Positions 1-12,028 of a stretch of 64,000 nt of DNA are shown piece after piece. The position numbers were made by a program, and so were the translations under genes. This stretch comes from Octopus vulgaris (Eukaryota): positions 50,406,001-50,470,000 of the forward strand of contig OX597829.1 of the NCBI GenBank assembly GCA_951406725.2, read 5' to 3'. Each line of letters begins with the position of its first letter. Position 1 is the stretch's first letter. Below the pieces are notes generated by a model. That model searched no databases. It had not been told where the DNA came from and was given only the letters and a program-made list of their open reading frames with translations.

Positions 1-2
1 TA

Positions 3-425
3 TCATCTCTCTGGGATCCTGAATGAAGATCTGTCATTGGAGAGGCACTGCTTGAAGGTGTTTCCAGAATACCCAAAGAATCTTGATGTTGCTGCTGGTG
101 ATGCTGTTTCTGTTGATGTTGATGCTGCTACTTCTGCTGCTGCTGGTGATGGTGCTGTTGTTGTTGTTGTTGTTAAGCAACAAGACGGGTAAGGGTGATT
201 AGGTGATGGTCTAGGGTTTAGGGGCAGGAGACCCCAGACCTTGGAAAAAAACCAAAAAAACTTTGGTCGTCTTGTTGTAGTTGAAGGCTCTTCGTTGACG
301 CCCGACACCACTGGGAGGTGACCCTCGAAGTCGCTGGAAATGGAGATCTCCAGGTCCAAATTCTTGAACGGCTGTTGTTGCTGGTGCTGGTGCTGTTGTT
401 GTTGGTGTTGGTGCTGGCATAGGGG
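3..425 (-). other. Low-complexity open frame (Gln/His- and Thr/Ala-rich), possible exon fragment of an unknown gene running off the window edge
   Basis: The frame of ORF 3..359 extends upstream as CQHQHQQQQHQHQQQQPFKNLDLEI. No recognisable domain, and in-frame stops lie just upstream. Confidence 0.2.
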
Positions 426-686
426 ACATCATCAGAGGCAATGTTGGTGTTGGCACTGTTGACACTGCTATAGTGTGGAAGACATGGGAATGGAAAAAAA
501 ATGAAGCTAAACCTGTTGCTAAAGGATTTGCTCCTAACAAATAGAACAGAATTCACAGCACTAATGAACTAATTCACCAAATGCTATGGAAATCCTTCTT
601 CCAACTCAATCAATCCTTTTCAAATGTTTATCTTTTTTTTTATATTTTTATTTTTCTACTCTGATCTTCCAGCTTCACCACTCATT

Positions 687-2204
687 TCATGAAGTAGCCA
701 GCTGAGTACCCCTCATGAAGTAGCCAGCTGAGTACACCTCATGAAGTAGTCAGCTGAGTACCCCTCATGAAGTAGCCAGCTGAGTACATCTCATGAAGTA
801 GCCAGCTAAGTACCCCCTCATGAAGTTGTCAGCTGAGTACCCCTCATGAAGTAGCCAACTGAGTAACCCTCATGAAGTAGCCAGCTGAGTACCCTCTCAT
901 GAAGTAGCCAGCTGAGAAGCCCTCATGAAGTAGCCAGCTGAGTAGCCCTCATGAAGTAGCCAGCTGAGTAGCCCTCATGAAGTAGCCAGCTGAGAAGACC
1001 TCATGAAGTAGCCAGCTGAGTACCCCTCATGAAGTAGCCAGCTGAGAAGACCTCATGAAGTAGCCAGCTGAGTAGCCCTCATGAAGTAGCCAGCTGAGTA
1101 GCCCTCATGAAGTAGCCAGCTGAGAAGACCTCATGAAGTAGCCGGCTGAGTACATCTCATGAAGTAGCCAGCTGAGAAGACCTCATGAAGTAGCCAGCTG
1201 AGTAGCCCTCATGAAGTAGCCAGCTGAGTAGCCCTCATGAAGTAGCCAGCTGAGCAGCCCTCATGAAGTAGCCAGCTGAGAAGACCTCATGAAGTAGCCA
1301 GCTGAGTACCCCTCATGAAGTAGCCAGCTGAGTAGCCCTCATGAAGTAGCCAGCTGAGTAGCCCTCATGAAGTAGCCAGCTGAGAAGACCTCATGAAGTA
1401 GCCGGCTGAGTACCCCTCATGAAGTAGCCAGCTGAGAAGACCTCATGAAGTAGCCAGCTGAGTAGCCCTCACGAAGTAGCCAGCTGAGTAGCCCTCATGA
1501 AATAGCCAGCTGAGAAGACCTCATGAAGTAGCCAGCTGAGTACCCCTCATGAAGTAGCCAGCTGAGCACCCCTCGTGAAGTAGCCAGCTGAGTACCCCTC
1601 ATGAAGTAGCCAGCTGAGTAGCCCTCATGAAGTAGCCAGCTGAGAAGACCTCATGAAGTAGCCAGCTGAGTACCCCTCATGAAGTAGCCAGCTGAGAAGA
1701 CCTCATGAAGTAGCCAGCTGAGTAGCCCTCATGAAGTAGCCAGCTGAGCAGCCCTCATGAAGTAGCCAGCTGAGCAGCCCTCATGAAGTAGCCAGCTGAG
1801 CAGCCCTCATGAAGTAGCCAGCTGAGTACCCCTCATGAAGTAGCCAGCTGAGTACCCCTCATGAAGTAGCCAGCTGAGTACCCCTCATGAAGTAGCCAGC
1901 TCAGTACCCCTCATGAAGAAGCCAACTGAGTACCCCCTCATGAAGTAGCCAGCTGAGTACCCCCTCATGAAGTAGTCAGCTGAGTACCCCTCGTGAAGTA
2001 GCCAGCTGAGTACCCTCTCATGAAGTAACCAGCTGAGTACCCCTCATGAAATAGCCAGCTGAGTACTCCTCATGAAGTAGCCAGCTGAGTACCCTCTCAT
2101 GAAGTAACCAGCTGAGTACCCCTCATGAAATAGCCAGCTGAGTACTCCTCATGAAGTAGCCAGCTGAGTACCCCTCACGAAGTAGCCAGCTGAGTACCCC
2201 TCAT
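687..2204. repeat. 26-bp minisatellite, ~58 copies
   Basis: Near-invariant CTCATGAAGTAGCCAGCTGAG followed by a variable 5-6 nt (TACCC/TAGCC/AAGAC/CAGCC/TACAT). Period 26 measured at 715/741/767. Confidence 0.97.
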
Positions 2205-2565
2205 TGAGTAATTATTACATCAGAGGATCTGCCAGCTAGGAAATGCACGTAGCTTGGATTTTACTTGTTTCACTGCCTCAGTTTGGATTTTTACTCACAT
2301 TCATTTTGAGTCAAGTTGTTAACTCTGGACTATACAAAAAAGAAAAGGACATTTTTTCAGCTCATTGATCTTCAGTATGGGAAAAGCCTACAACCCTCAT
2401 CAATAAATTATTATTGTTCTTGAACGCTGTTCTTATATACCTACTGTGGATTGCTGAAGCTTACAAACTTCATACACTTAAATCCTTGGATCTTATAATT
2501 AAAAATCGATATTTACACACACACACAAACAAACACACACACACATTTCGTTTTTGTATAGATAA

Positions 2566-2992
2566 CTTTCTTTATTGGCCACACAGGGCTGAATATAGAG
2601 GGGACAAATACAAATGTAGAGCTTTTCTTTTCGAAGATGGAAAAAGAAAAAAAGGAACAAAAGAGGAAACAAATGTAAAATTCCGATCAAAAGGGAACAG
2701 GTAAAAAAGAAAATGTGATCAAAAGGGATCGTGTATCACAGAAACAAAATTTTTTATAGTAAGAAACAAGATTAGGTTCATCCGTGGGAAGAAAAGCCTA
2801 CAGAAAAGACCACGGTAACCTCAGTCAGGGAGGAAATAAACACATGAGAGCAAAGTGCTCTCTCTCTCTCTCTTTTACGATTTACAGGATCATGCTCAAA
2901 GTGGTTTCATCACTCACACGCACCATCTTTGCTACATTCACCCACCTTTTTTTGAAATTTTCGCGGGACAAAACCTGCCTCTCCATTCTCAT
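2566..2992 (-). mobile_element. 5'-truncated L1/Tx1-type LINE: ORF2 C-terminus, 3' UTR and AATAAA tail
   Basis: Minus strand encodes RMERQVLSRENFKKRWVNVAKMVRVSDETTLSMIL* (stop 2882), then a UTR ending TTGTCCCCTCTATATTCAGCCCTGTGTGGCCAATAAAGAAA. Clade assignment is by recognition. Confidence 0.6.
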
Positions 2993-3319
2993 GGTTTTGT
3001 ATAGACAGACAGACAAAGATTGAGAGAGACAGAGAGGGAGGGGAAGAGGGGGAGAGAGAGTGAGAGAGAGAAATCTAACTCTACCCTGAAGAAGGCGAGA
3101 ATTTTTCCAACGTTTGTTTGCTTCCATTACCACTTGCAAACTTTTGGTAAACTACACGTGCCAACATTATGAAGGCCCCCACCCCCGAAACAACTGTCAG
3201 ACATGTAACACCATACCTCTAATTCTATGTAAACCGAGTAAGTTTGCACAATTAATATATGAATATATTTATATATATAAATAAATAAATTTTTTTCTCT
3301 CCTTGTTTTTTTCTGTGTA

Positions 3320-3357
3320 TCTTTCTGTAGAAGAGCGTAGGCTCGAAACGTAAAAGA
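3320..3357 (+). ncRNA. Minimal type I hammerhead-like motif with variant core, in a PLE-like terminal repeat
   Basis: TCTTT-CTGTAGA-A-GAGC(GTAG)GCTC-GAAA-CG-TA-AAAGA. Stems I and II pair, but core position 6 is T rather than A. Confidence 0.45.
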
Positions 3358-3569
3358 CTTTTTCTATTCCTGAGCGTTATACTAATACATCTGTTTGTTT
3401 TGTACACTACCTGTCTTCGTCTTTTGTTTTTTTCGTAAACTCTCCCTAAATAAATAAATGGAGTTTAATGCAGGTATAATTCAAATACTTTTACTTCCGA
3501 CACTTGTTTAAAAGATTTCCCTGATATTATCTATTTTTTCCGTGTTAATTGTTAACAAGGGAAAAATAC

Positions 3570-3573
3570 ACTC

Positions 3574-3627
<54 letters not shown>

Positions 3628-3959
3628 TATGATATATATATATATACTTGAATCTTAATCATGTGAAATTTACTTGGTCTTTACTTTTCTTTATTTACAT
3701 GTATGTACACAAACACACACACACATATTCTGTATATCAAGGAGTTTTATTGATTTATATGCATCATTGTCTCTATATGCATGTGTGTGTGGGGTGGGAG
3801 GTGTATTGCATGAATTATAGACACTTCCTATATTGATGCATGATGCAACTGTTATATGTATAAATAAAAATTAATAATTTATAGAAGCAAAATATATGAA
3901 TAAAGGAACTTTAAATACACCTTGTCATATATATATACACACATATATATGTGTAGATA

Positions 3960-4008
<49 letters not shown>

Positions 4009-4032
4009 CACACACATATATATGTGTAGATA

Positions 4033-4088
<56 letters not shown>

Positions 4089-4151
4089 TATATATGTGTA
4101 GATATATATGTATATATAATATATATAAATATATATATATGCACATACATG

Positions 4152-4193
<42 letters not shown>

Positions 4194-4877
4194 TAATATA
4201 TATATACGTCCTACCACACAGCCACACCTGCACACAAACCCAAACACATACCTACACACACATTTATATATATTGATTTAGTTATATATACATATTTATT
4301 TATTTATATATATATCATCATCGTTTAACGTCCGTTTTCCGCACTAGCATGGGTTGGACAGTTCGACCGGGATCTGGGAAGCCAGAAGGCTGCACCAGGC
4401 TCCAGTCTATTCTGGCAGTGTTTCTACAGGTGGATGCCTTTCCGAACGCCAACCACTCCGTGAGTGTAGTGGGTGCTTTTTATGTGCCACCAGCACAGGG
4501 GCCAGGGGAGGCTAGCAAACAGTCACAATTGGTTGGTACTTTTTACATGCCACCGGCACGGACGCCAGTCAAGGCAGAACTGGCATCGACCACGTTCAGA
4601 TGGTGCTTTTTACGTGCCACCGGCACAGGTATCACAACTACTACTTCCATTTGATATTTATTTTGATGTTGATTTACGTGACTTAATAGGTCTCCACAAA
4701 CACAGTAGGTCACCCTACGATCCAAGGTAAGCACAGCAGGCTGTCCTGCTATCCAAGGTGCTTTAAATGGGCTGGAGCTGGTTATGTGAAACTGGTATAT
4801 ATATGCGTATATATATATATGTAAATACATATATATATAAATATATATATATTATATATGTACATACACACACACAC

Positions 4878-4923
<46 letters not shown>

Positions 4924-4932
4924 GTAGGTAGG

Positions 4933-5000
<68 letters not shown>

Positions 5001-5004
5001 AAGG

Positions 5005-5046
<42 letters not shown>

Positions 5047-5047
5047 T

Positions 5048-5104
<57 letters not shown>

Positions 5105-5400
5105 AAGGTAGATAGATAGATAGATAGATAGACAGAATTTAAGACAGATAATACATACATACATACATATATATATGCATAAACATGAATATATTTTGTG
5201 TTGGTGTATGAGTGTGTGTGTATCATGTATGGCATGCATGTATATATGTACAGGGGTATGTATATGTATGTATATACATACATTCATACATATACATATG
5301 TACATACATACACACGCATATATATATATATATATCATCATCATCATCGTCATGTATATATATATATACACACACACGTACATAGATGTGTGTGCGTGTG
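3570..5400. repeat. Microsatellite field: (AT)n, (AC)n, (GATA)n
   Basis: Direct reading, e.g. (GATA)n at ~4878-5131. Confidence 0.95.
4315..4797 (-). mobile_element. RTE LINE 3' fragment with (GAT)n tail
   Basis: CATCATCGTTTAACGTCCG...GCATGGGTTGGAC...GGATGCCTTTCC matches the 3' end of the RTE element at 58681. Internal GGTGCTTTTTAYGTGCCACCGGCAC repeats. Confidence 0.8.
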
Positions 5401-5522
5401 TTTACGCGAGCGCTTGTGAGATAAAAAAAAATAGAAAGGGCAAAGAAGAGCATGAAAACTATTATAAGTTTTTTAAAATCACTATAGCAGAGTCGAATGA
5501 AATGTTGAATATAATTTAAAAG

Positions 5523-5958
5523 AGGCTATCTTTCGTCTCTAGTAGACCTTTCCGTCGATTTCCGTAAAAAACTTTTATTTTTTTACATATGGGCTTGCGG
5601 GAACTTTTGAAGTAATGAGAGCGAAAGAGACTAAGAGAAAGCGATTGTATGACGAGGGAAGTTCTTTTGAAGTTACCGTGCATGGCAAGCATTGATGTAC
5701 ATGTGTGTGTGTGTGTGTGTGTGTGTTTGATGGGGTGTGGGAGACAGACAGTATGTTGTGTAAGTGAAGTGCTTCTGTTAGTGTGTGTGAAGAGACAGAG
5801 TAATGTGTGAAAGAGAGAGATAACTGAAATTTTTTACTCGGTGTATGTGTATATATGTATGTATATTACTTCAAAAGTTCCCGCAAGCCCATATGTAAAA
5901 AAAAAAAAATTTTTTACGGAAATCGACGGAAAGGTCTACTAGAGACGAAAGATCGCCT
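5523..5958. mobile_element. MITE with ~90-bp terminal inverted repeats
   Basis: GGCTATCTTTCGTCTCTAGTAGACCTTTCCGTCGATTTCCGTAAAAAA...GAACTTTTGAAGTAAT (5524-5616) is mirrored at 5865-5957. TTAA follows the right end. Confidence 0.85.
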
Positions 5959-6029
5959 TAAAAGAGAAGACAGGTAACTTTTCACAAATACAAACTAAAA
6001 AAAAGAAAAAACAATTAAACATGATTACA

Positions 6030-6213
<184 letters not shown>

Positions 6214-7024
6214 TGTTGAGAATGAAACAAAATTTTACAAGAAATATATCGGAAATGAAATATTTTTAGAAAGAAAGAAATCACGGAAAAGAAGAATCCT
6301 TTAAAAAGTTTTACCTATTTCGACAAAAGTATTAAAACTGGTTGTCATTGGTATCTGATGTGGCTTTGACAGGTGACATCATTTGCATCCCGTCTGCCTG
6401 TCTATCTGTCTGTCTGTCTGTCTCTTTTCTTTTCTTTCTTCTTTTCTTCGCCTATCTTTCTTTGGTGGTGAGTGCGTTGGGAGTGATGTGGTGGTGTCCT
6501 CGGGGGTTGGGGGTTCTTAGAAAAACTCAATAGGGGTTAAATTGTGAAAAGGGTTTTTTTTAATAGTTTCGTTCTTGTGAATACTCGTTCTCTTCTTTCT
6601 TTCTCTTCTTTCTTTCTTTCTTTTTCTTTCTTTCTTTCTTTTCTTTTAGTCCCTTAGGCTTTGTTTAAGTCCAAGTTGTGTTTTAACTTGAAGACGTTGT
6701 TGTCATGAAGTATTTCTTAAGTATTTAATGGAATTATTTATTGCCAGCAGAATTAGTAAGCTCGGAGTGACTTACTTTATATAAACTGGGCTTTCGGTGA
6801 CGAGGAAGTGTAACTCATATTCCGATAGGTTTATGCATGCATGCATGCACACACATACATGTATGAATGTATGTGTGTGTGTTTGTGTGTGTGTACGTAT
6901 GTATGTATGTATGTATGTATGTATGTATGTATGTATGTATGTATGTATGTATGTATGTATGTGCGTACGTACTGTTTGAATGTCCAATATGTTATATATC
7001 TGTGTGTGCGTATGTAAGTATAAG

Positions 7025-7081
<57 letters not shown>

Positions 7082-7164
7082 GTATGTGCGTATGTATGTA
7101 TATAAGTGTGTGTGTATATACGTACGTATGAATGTTTGTGTGTGCGTACGTATGTTTGCGTAAG

Positions 7165-7196
<32 letters not shown>

Positions 7197-7729
7197 TTTA
7201 TATATATATGTATATATGTATGTACGTATGTAAGTGCGTGTGTGTGTATATATGTATATACGTACGAATGTATTAAAACATAATTAATTACACAGTTTCT
7301 GAAAGCACCCAGACACACGCGCACACACACACATACACTCAGCACTCTCGGCCACGAGTCAGCGCGGGTTATAAGCAATTATAAAGTATTGTTTACATAG
7401 GCAGGACTCTGTCCATAGTTGCATGTTTGTTTGTTGCCTGACAACTTAGAAACCACATTCAAGGCAGCCTTGATCTACGCCGGTCATGCAACGTCTGGCG
7501 ACGAGGATAGCTATAAAGGATCAAGTGTCGCGCGTTACTACGCGACATTTCTTATACACACAATCTTCATTGATATATATATATATACAAGCTTTGTTAG
7601 GTTTAGTTTACTTTGGTAAACAAAACAGGGGGGAAAAAAACAAAAAAACTTTACTACTTTCTACTCACACATAATTACACGTAGTAGAGGATCTCTTCGT
7701 ATACTAGGTATGTAAGTATGTTATATGTA

Positions 7730-7915
7730 GGTACTACTTAAGAAAAGTGGTCCCGGTGCGCGCACTCGCGTAAATGAAACAAAATAAATAATTTTTTTAC
7801 ACAAAGTAAATAATTTTTAAACAAAGTAAATAAAACACAAGAACACAAAGGATCGACTAGTCACGACTAGCTAGCGTGGATGCGCGCACCGGGACCACTC
7901 TACTTAAGTAGTACC
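7730..7915. mobile_element. MITE with GGTACTAC TIRs, TA-flanked
   Basis: GGTACTACTTAAG..AGTGGTCCCGGTGCGCGCA and its reverse complement TGCGCGCACCGGGACCACT..CTTAAGTAGTACC. TA on both sides. Confidence 0.85.
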
Positions 7916-7987
7916 TATGTGTATATATATATGTGTGTGCGTGTGTGTTTGTATGTATGTATGTATGTATACACACATACACACACA

Positions 7988-8440
7988 TGTGGCCTTGTGG
8001 TTAGGGTGTTGCACACACGATCGCGGGATCGTGGTTTCAGTTCCTGGACCGGGTGGTACATTGTGTTCTTGAGCAAAACACTTCATTTCACGTCTCTCTG
8101 CGATCACTCCGACACCCGTCGTGTTGCACACAGTGCACCTGTCCAGGCAACGTCGATTTTTATGGAGTGGGGTCAGCTCATGTACAGCCACTGACTTAGC
8201 CAGGAGTGGGGACGATAGGGACGGTCCTCCCCGTGCAGCACTTTTATAAGGGCACCGCTTTTGGGGTCTGCGGTAGGCAGTATGAGTTTTCTGTGGGGTC
8301 CGGGAAATGGAAGGGCCGCCTCGGGTTGCACACACTGGCTTGTGTGTACAGCACATGCGTTTTGATGTCTATAAACAAATATTTTGTGCAGGGTCATTCA
8401 GCAAAAACTTTGCACTTATACATCGTTGTCGACAGGAGAT
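7988..8440 (+). mobile_element. tRNA-derived SINE with CORE-like segment
   Basis: A-box-like GTGGCCTTGTGGTTAG, B-box-like GGTTTCAGTTCC, then TGTGTTCTTGAGCAAAACACTT shared with 9603-9940. Confidence 0.6.
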
Positions 8441-8499
8441 TCTGTCTTACAAACGTGTGTGTATGTGTGTATCTACATACACACGCGCGAGTGAGTGCA

Positions 8500-8605
<106 letters not shown>

Positions 8606-8644
8606 TACATACATATATACACATACACACACACATATATGTTC

Positions 8645-8855
8645 TTTTACTTGTTTCAGTCATTTGACTGCGGCCATGCTGGAGCAGCACCTTCAGTCGA
8701 GCAAATCGACCCCAGGATTTACTCTTTGTAAGCCAAGTACTTATTTTATCAGTCTCTTTTGCCGAACCACTAAGTTACAGGGATGTAAACACACCAGCAT
8801 CGGTTGTCAAGCAATGTTTGGGGGACAAACACAGACACGCGCGCGCGCACGCACT

Positions 8856-8904
<49 letters not shown>

Positions 8905-9058
8905 GACGGCCTTCTTCTCAGTTTCTGTCTATCAAATCCACTCACAAGGCTTTGATTGGCCCAAGGGTATAGTAGAAGACACTTGCCCAAGGTGCCACGC
9001 AGTGGGACTGAACCTGGAGCCACGTGGTTGGTAAGCAAGCTACTTACTACACAGCCAT
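8645..9058 (-). mobile_element. tRNA-derived SINE, family A
   Basis: Head GGCTGTGTAGTAAG..GGTTCAGTCCC, internal microsatellite, tail CCAGCATGGCCGCAGTCAAATGACTGAAACAAGTAAAAGA. Many copies in the window. Confidence 0.9.
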
Positions 9059-9602
9059 ATGTATGTATATTATATTATATTATATTATATATATGTGTGT
9101 GTGTATACGTACATACATGCATTATATATAAAAAATATATATATATCTATAAATATATAAAATCAAAATAAGTAACAGAATTTCAAGTAGTAATGCATTT
9201 CAAGCAGTTCCATTTAATTGAACAATGCAATCATTACATCAATTTTAAATACAGCGCTATCTTCAGCTGCACAGATATGGAATTTTAACAGAGCAAGAGG
9301 ATAGAAGAAATTCATGTTGTGGCTATTGTAGCAGGAATAGCTAAGAGAACAGACTATTTATTTATAGAGTGGCATGGAAAACAGTGGGAGTAGGGTGTCG
9401 TAGGGTTATAATTCATTTCCAAATATCTCTTTCTTTATCATTCAACTAAAACCTGAGACTAGAAGACTGTGTATATTTAGGATAAAGAGCAAAAGGGAGT
9501 TGACAGTAGATGGCTGGCTATTGGTCATAAATTTTTTCAAAGATATCCCACCACCCACCCTCATGAAAAAAATAAAACTTTAGATAAGATTCAATTCGGA
9601 TC

Positions 9603-9940
9603 GGAGACCCCCTTCGGTCACGACACAGACCATGGGATTGCACCTAGAAAGTTACCCTCCTAGATACAAGTCCGGGCGAGGTTGTTTTATGGAAAACCAG
9701 CAGTCGCCCATGCATACCAGCCACCCCTCTCCATGCCACCAGTGTTATCCAAGGGAAAGACAAAGGTCGATACAGCTTGGCACAATGATGTCGCAACTCA
9801 TTTCTACAGCTGAGTGAACTGGAGCAACGTGAAATAAAGTGCCTTGCTCAAGAACACAACATGCAGCCCGGTCCGGTATTTGAGCTCACAACCTCACGAT
9901 CATAAGCTCGACGCTCTAACCACTGAGCCATGTGCCTTCA
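9603..9940 (-). mobile_element. tRNA-derived CORE-type SINE
   Basis: Minus strand: TGGCTCAGTGGTTAGAG (A box), GCTCAAATAC (B-box-like), then GTGTTCTTGAGCAAGGCACTTTATTTCACGTTGCTCCAGTTCACTCAGCTGTAGAAATG (CORE-like). Confidence 0.75.
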
Positions 9941-10925
9941 TGATTCAAGATTCAATTAGGTAGAAGTAAATGTCTATAAAAGAGGTTGGGGCAGGGGTGA
10001 TATTAATCCATGATGTTGTTGCCAGTTAAAGGGGCAGACATTATGAAACTTAGGGTGCTATAATGGGGTTCAGAAAAAATATTAGGGACCCAGTGGGAGA
10101 ACGTGTATTAACAACATTATTGTGTTGTATAAGAATTTTTTTAAATTTCAGAAAAATTTGATATCATAACCAAGTAAGGTAAAAAGTATACATGGATCAA
10201 TGTAGAATCAATTAATTAGATTAATTAATCTCTATAAAGATCACTCAAACCACTTACATATGCAATATCTGGAAGGATATACATACTATCTACTGATTGA
10301 AAGTAATGAATCAGAAGCAGGGTAATTAGATAATGATTTAATTATGTCTAACATGATTAAATAATAATATACAAGAAAAAGTGTGTACTGATATAAGTAG
10401 GTGTAATAGCATAAAAAATAATGCATACAGATACATATCCATATATATATATACATATACATATACACACACACACACATACACATATCTTGTTTGTTGA
10501 AATTCCATATTTGTGCGACTGAAGATAGCACTGTAATTTAAAATTGATGTAATGATTGCATTGTTCAATTAAATGGAGCTGCTTGAAATGGTCATACTGC
10601 ATTACTGCTTGAAATCCTGTTACTTATCTTGTTTTTATTCGCCCTACTTTGAGCTGTGCGGATAATACCAGGCTGACTTGGTGCTTCGACTCAAGTACCT
10701 AATTCAACTGAATCTTAATTACTTATATAAATATATATATATATATTTATATATACAGAGAGAGAGAGAGAGAAAGAATATTAGGGATTTAGTTCACTGG
10801 TAATCTAAACGAATAAGTACACTGCATAAGTGCTATAATTGGTCATCCATTAGGTTCCAAGTTCATAGCTGAGGCTGGAGCTAGGGATCCATTATTAGGG
10901 CTCCATATTAGGCAGGTATTTATTA

Positions 10926-11157
10926 AAGGCAGCGAGCTGGCAGAAACATTAGCACGCCGGGCAAAACGCCTAGTGGTATTTCGTCTGTCGCTACGTTCTG
11001 AGTTCAAATTCCGCCGAGGTCGACTTTGCCTTTCATCCTTTCGGGGTCAATTAAATAAGTACCAGTTACGCACTGGGGTCGATATAATCGACTTAATCCG
11101 TTTGTCTGTCCTTGTTTGTCTCCTCTGTGTTTAGCCCCTCGTGGGCAGTAAAGAAAT
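10926..11157 (+). mobile_element. tRNA-derived SINE, family B (Meta/MESC-like core), with TSD
   Basis: GAGCTGGCAGAA..GAGTTCAAATTCC head, core GAGGTCGACTTTGCCTTTCATCCTTTCGGGGTC, flanking duplication AGGTATTTATTA(AAGG) at 10914 and 11158. Confidence 0.9.
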
Positions 11158-11626
11158 AGGTATTTATTAAAGGAAAAGGGAAACAAAACCAAGGCAGGAA
11201 GAGTATCTCAGGTCATTTAGAAAATCTAATTAGAGTAAAGTGAATTAGAATTAATTAAGCAATTAAATAGTTAATTAATTAATTATTGGATGTCTTACAA
11301 CTATTAATCGGATATCTCAAGTGATAGATTAGCATCTTCATACACTGGGTGCTCTGTCACCAGAGACAAGGTGAGTATGTATGAAAGCTCTAGACGTGGA
11401 ATTCACAGTTTATAAAGGAATATGAACAGAATAAAGAGTAAAACTGTAGACAAGAGAATAAAGTTCACAGCTCATATTCTTCCAAAGTATATCGAGGATG
11501 GTCCGTACTTCTGTGAAGGTATAGGTCCTTAAGTATAATCCCAGGTAAATCAAGGCAGTATTTTGGAAGTATTTTCAATGTTGCGTCCGTGTTGAAGGAA
11601 TAGATCAAGTGGTTTCACTTGATCTA

Positions 11627-11642
11627 TATGTATGTATATATG

Positions 11643-11674
<32 letters not shown>

Positions 11675-12025
11675 AATGTATGTATGTATGTATGCATGTA
11701 TGTATGTATGTATGCATGTATGTATGTATGTATGTATGAATGTATGTATGTATGTATGTATGTATGCATGCATGTATGTTTGTATGTATGTATGTATGTT
11801 TGTATGTATGTATGTTTGTATGTATGTATGTATGTATGCATGCATGCATGTATGTATGTATGTATGTATGTATGTATGTATGTATGTATGTATGTATGTA
11901 TGCATGTATGTATGTATGTATGTATGTATGAATGTATGTATGTATGTATGTATGCATGCATGTATGTATGTTTGTATGTATGTATGTATGTTTGTATGTA
12001 TGTATGTTTGTATGTATGTATGTAT
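11627..12025. repeat. (ATGT)n microsatellite
   Basis: Direct reading. Confidence 0.95.
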
Positions 12026-12028
12026 AAA

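Noticed and set aside
687-2204. CRISPR-like repeat/spacer array
   Set aside because: Variable parts are only 5-6 nt and recur, the context is eukaryotic and there are no cas genes.
3879-5519. YI/CV/LSIY-rich ORFs
   Set aside because: Translations of (AT)n, (AC)n and (GATA)n microsatellites.
10926-11010. tRNA genes at SINE heads
   Set aside because: A/B boxes are present, but there is no full cloverleaf and each continues into a SINE body.
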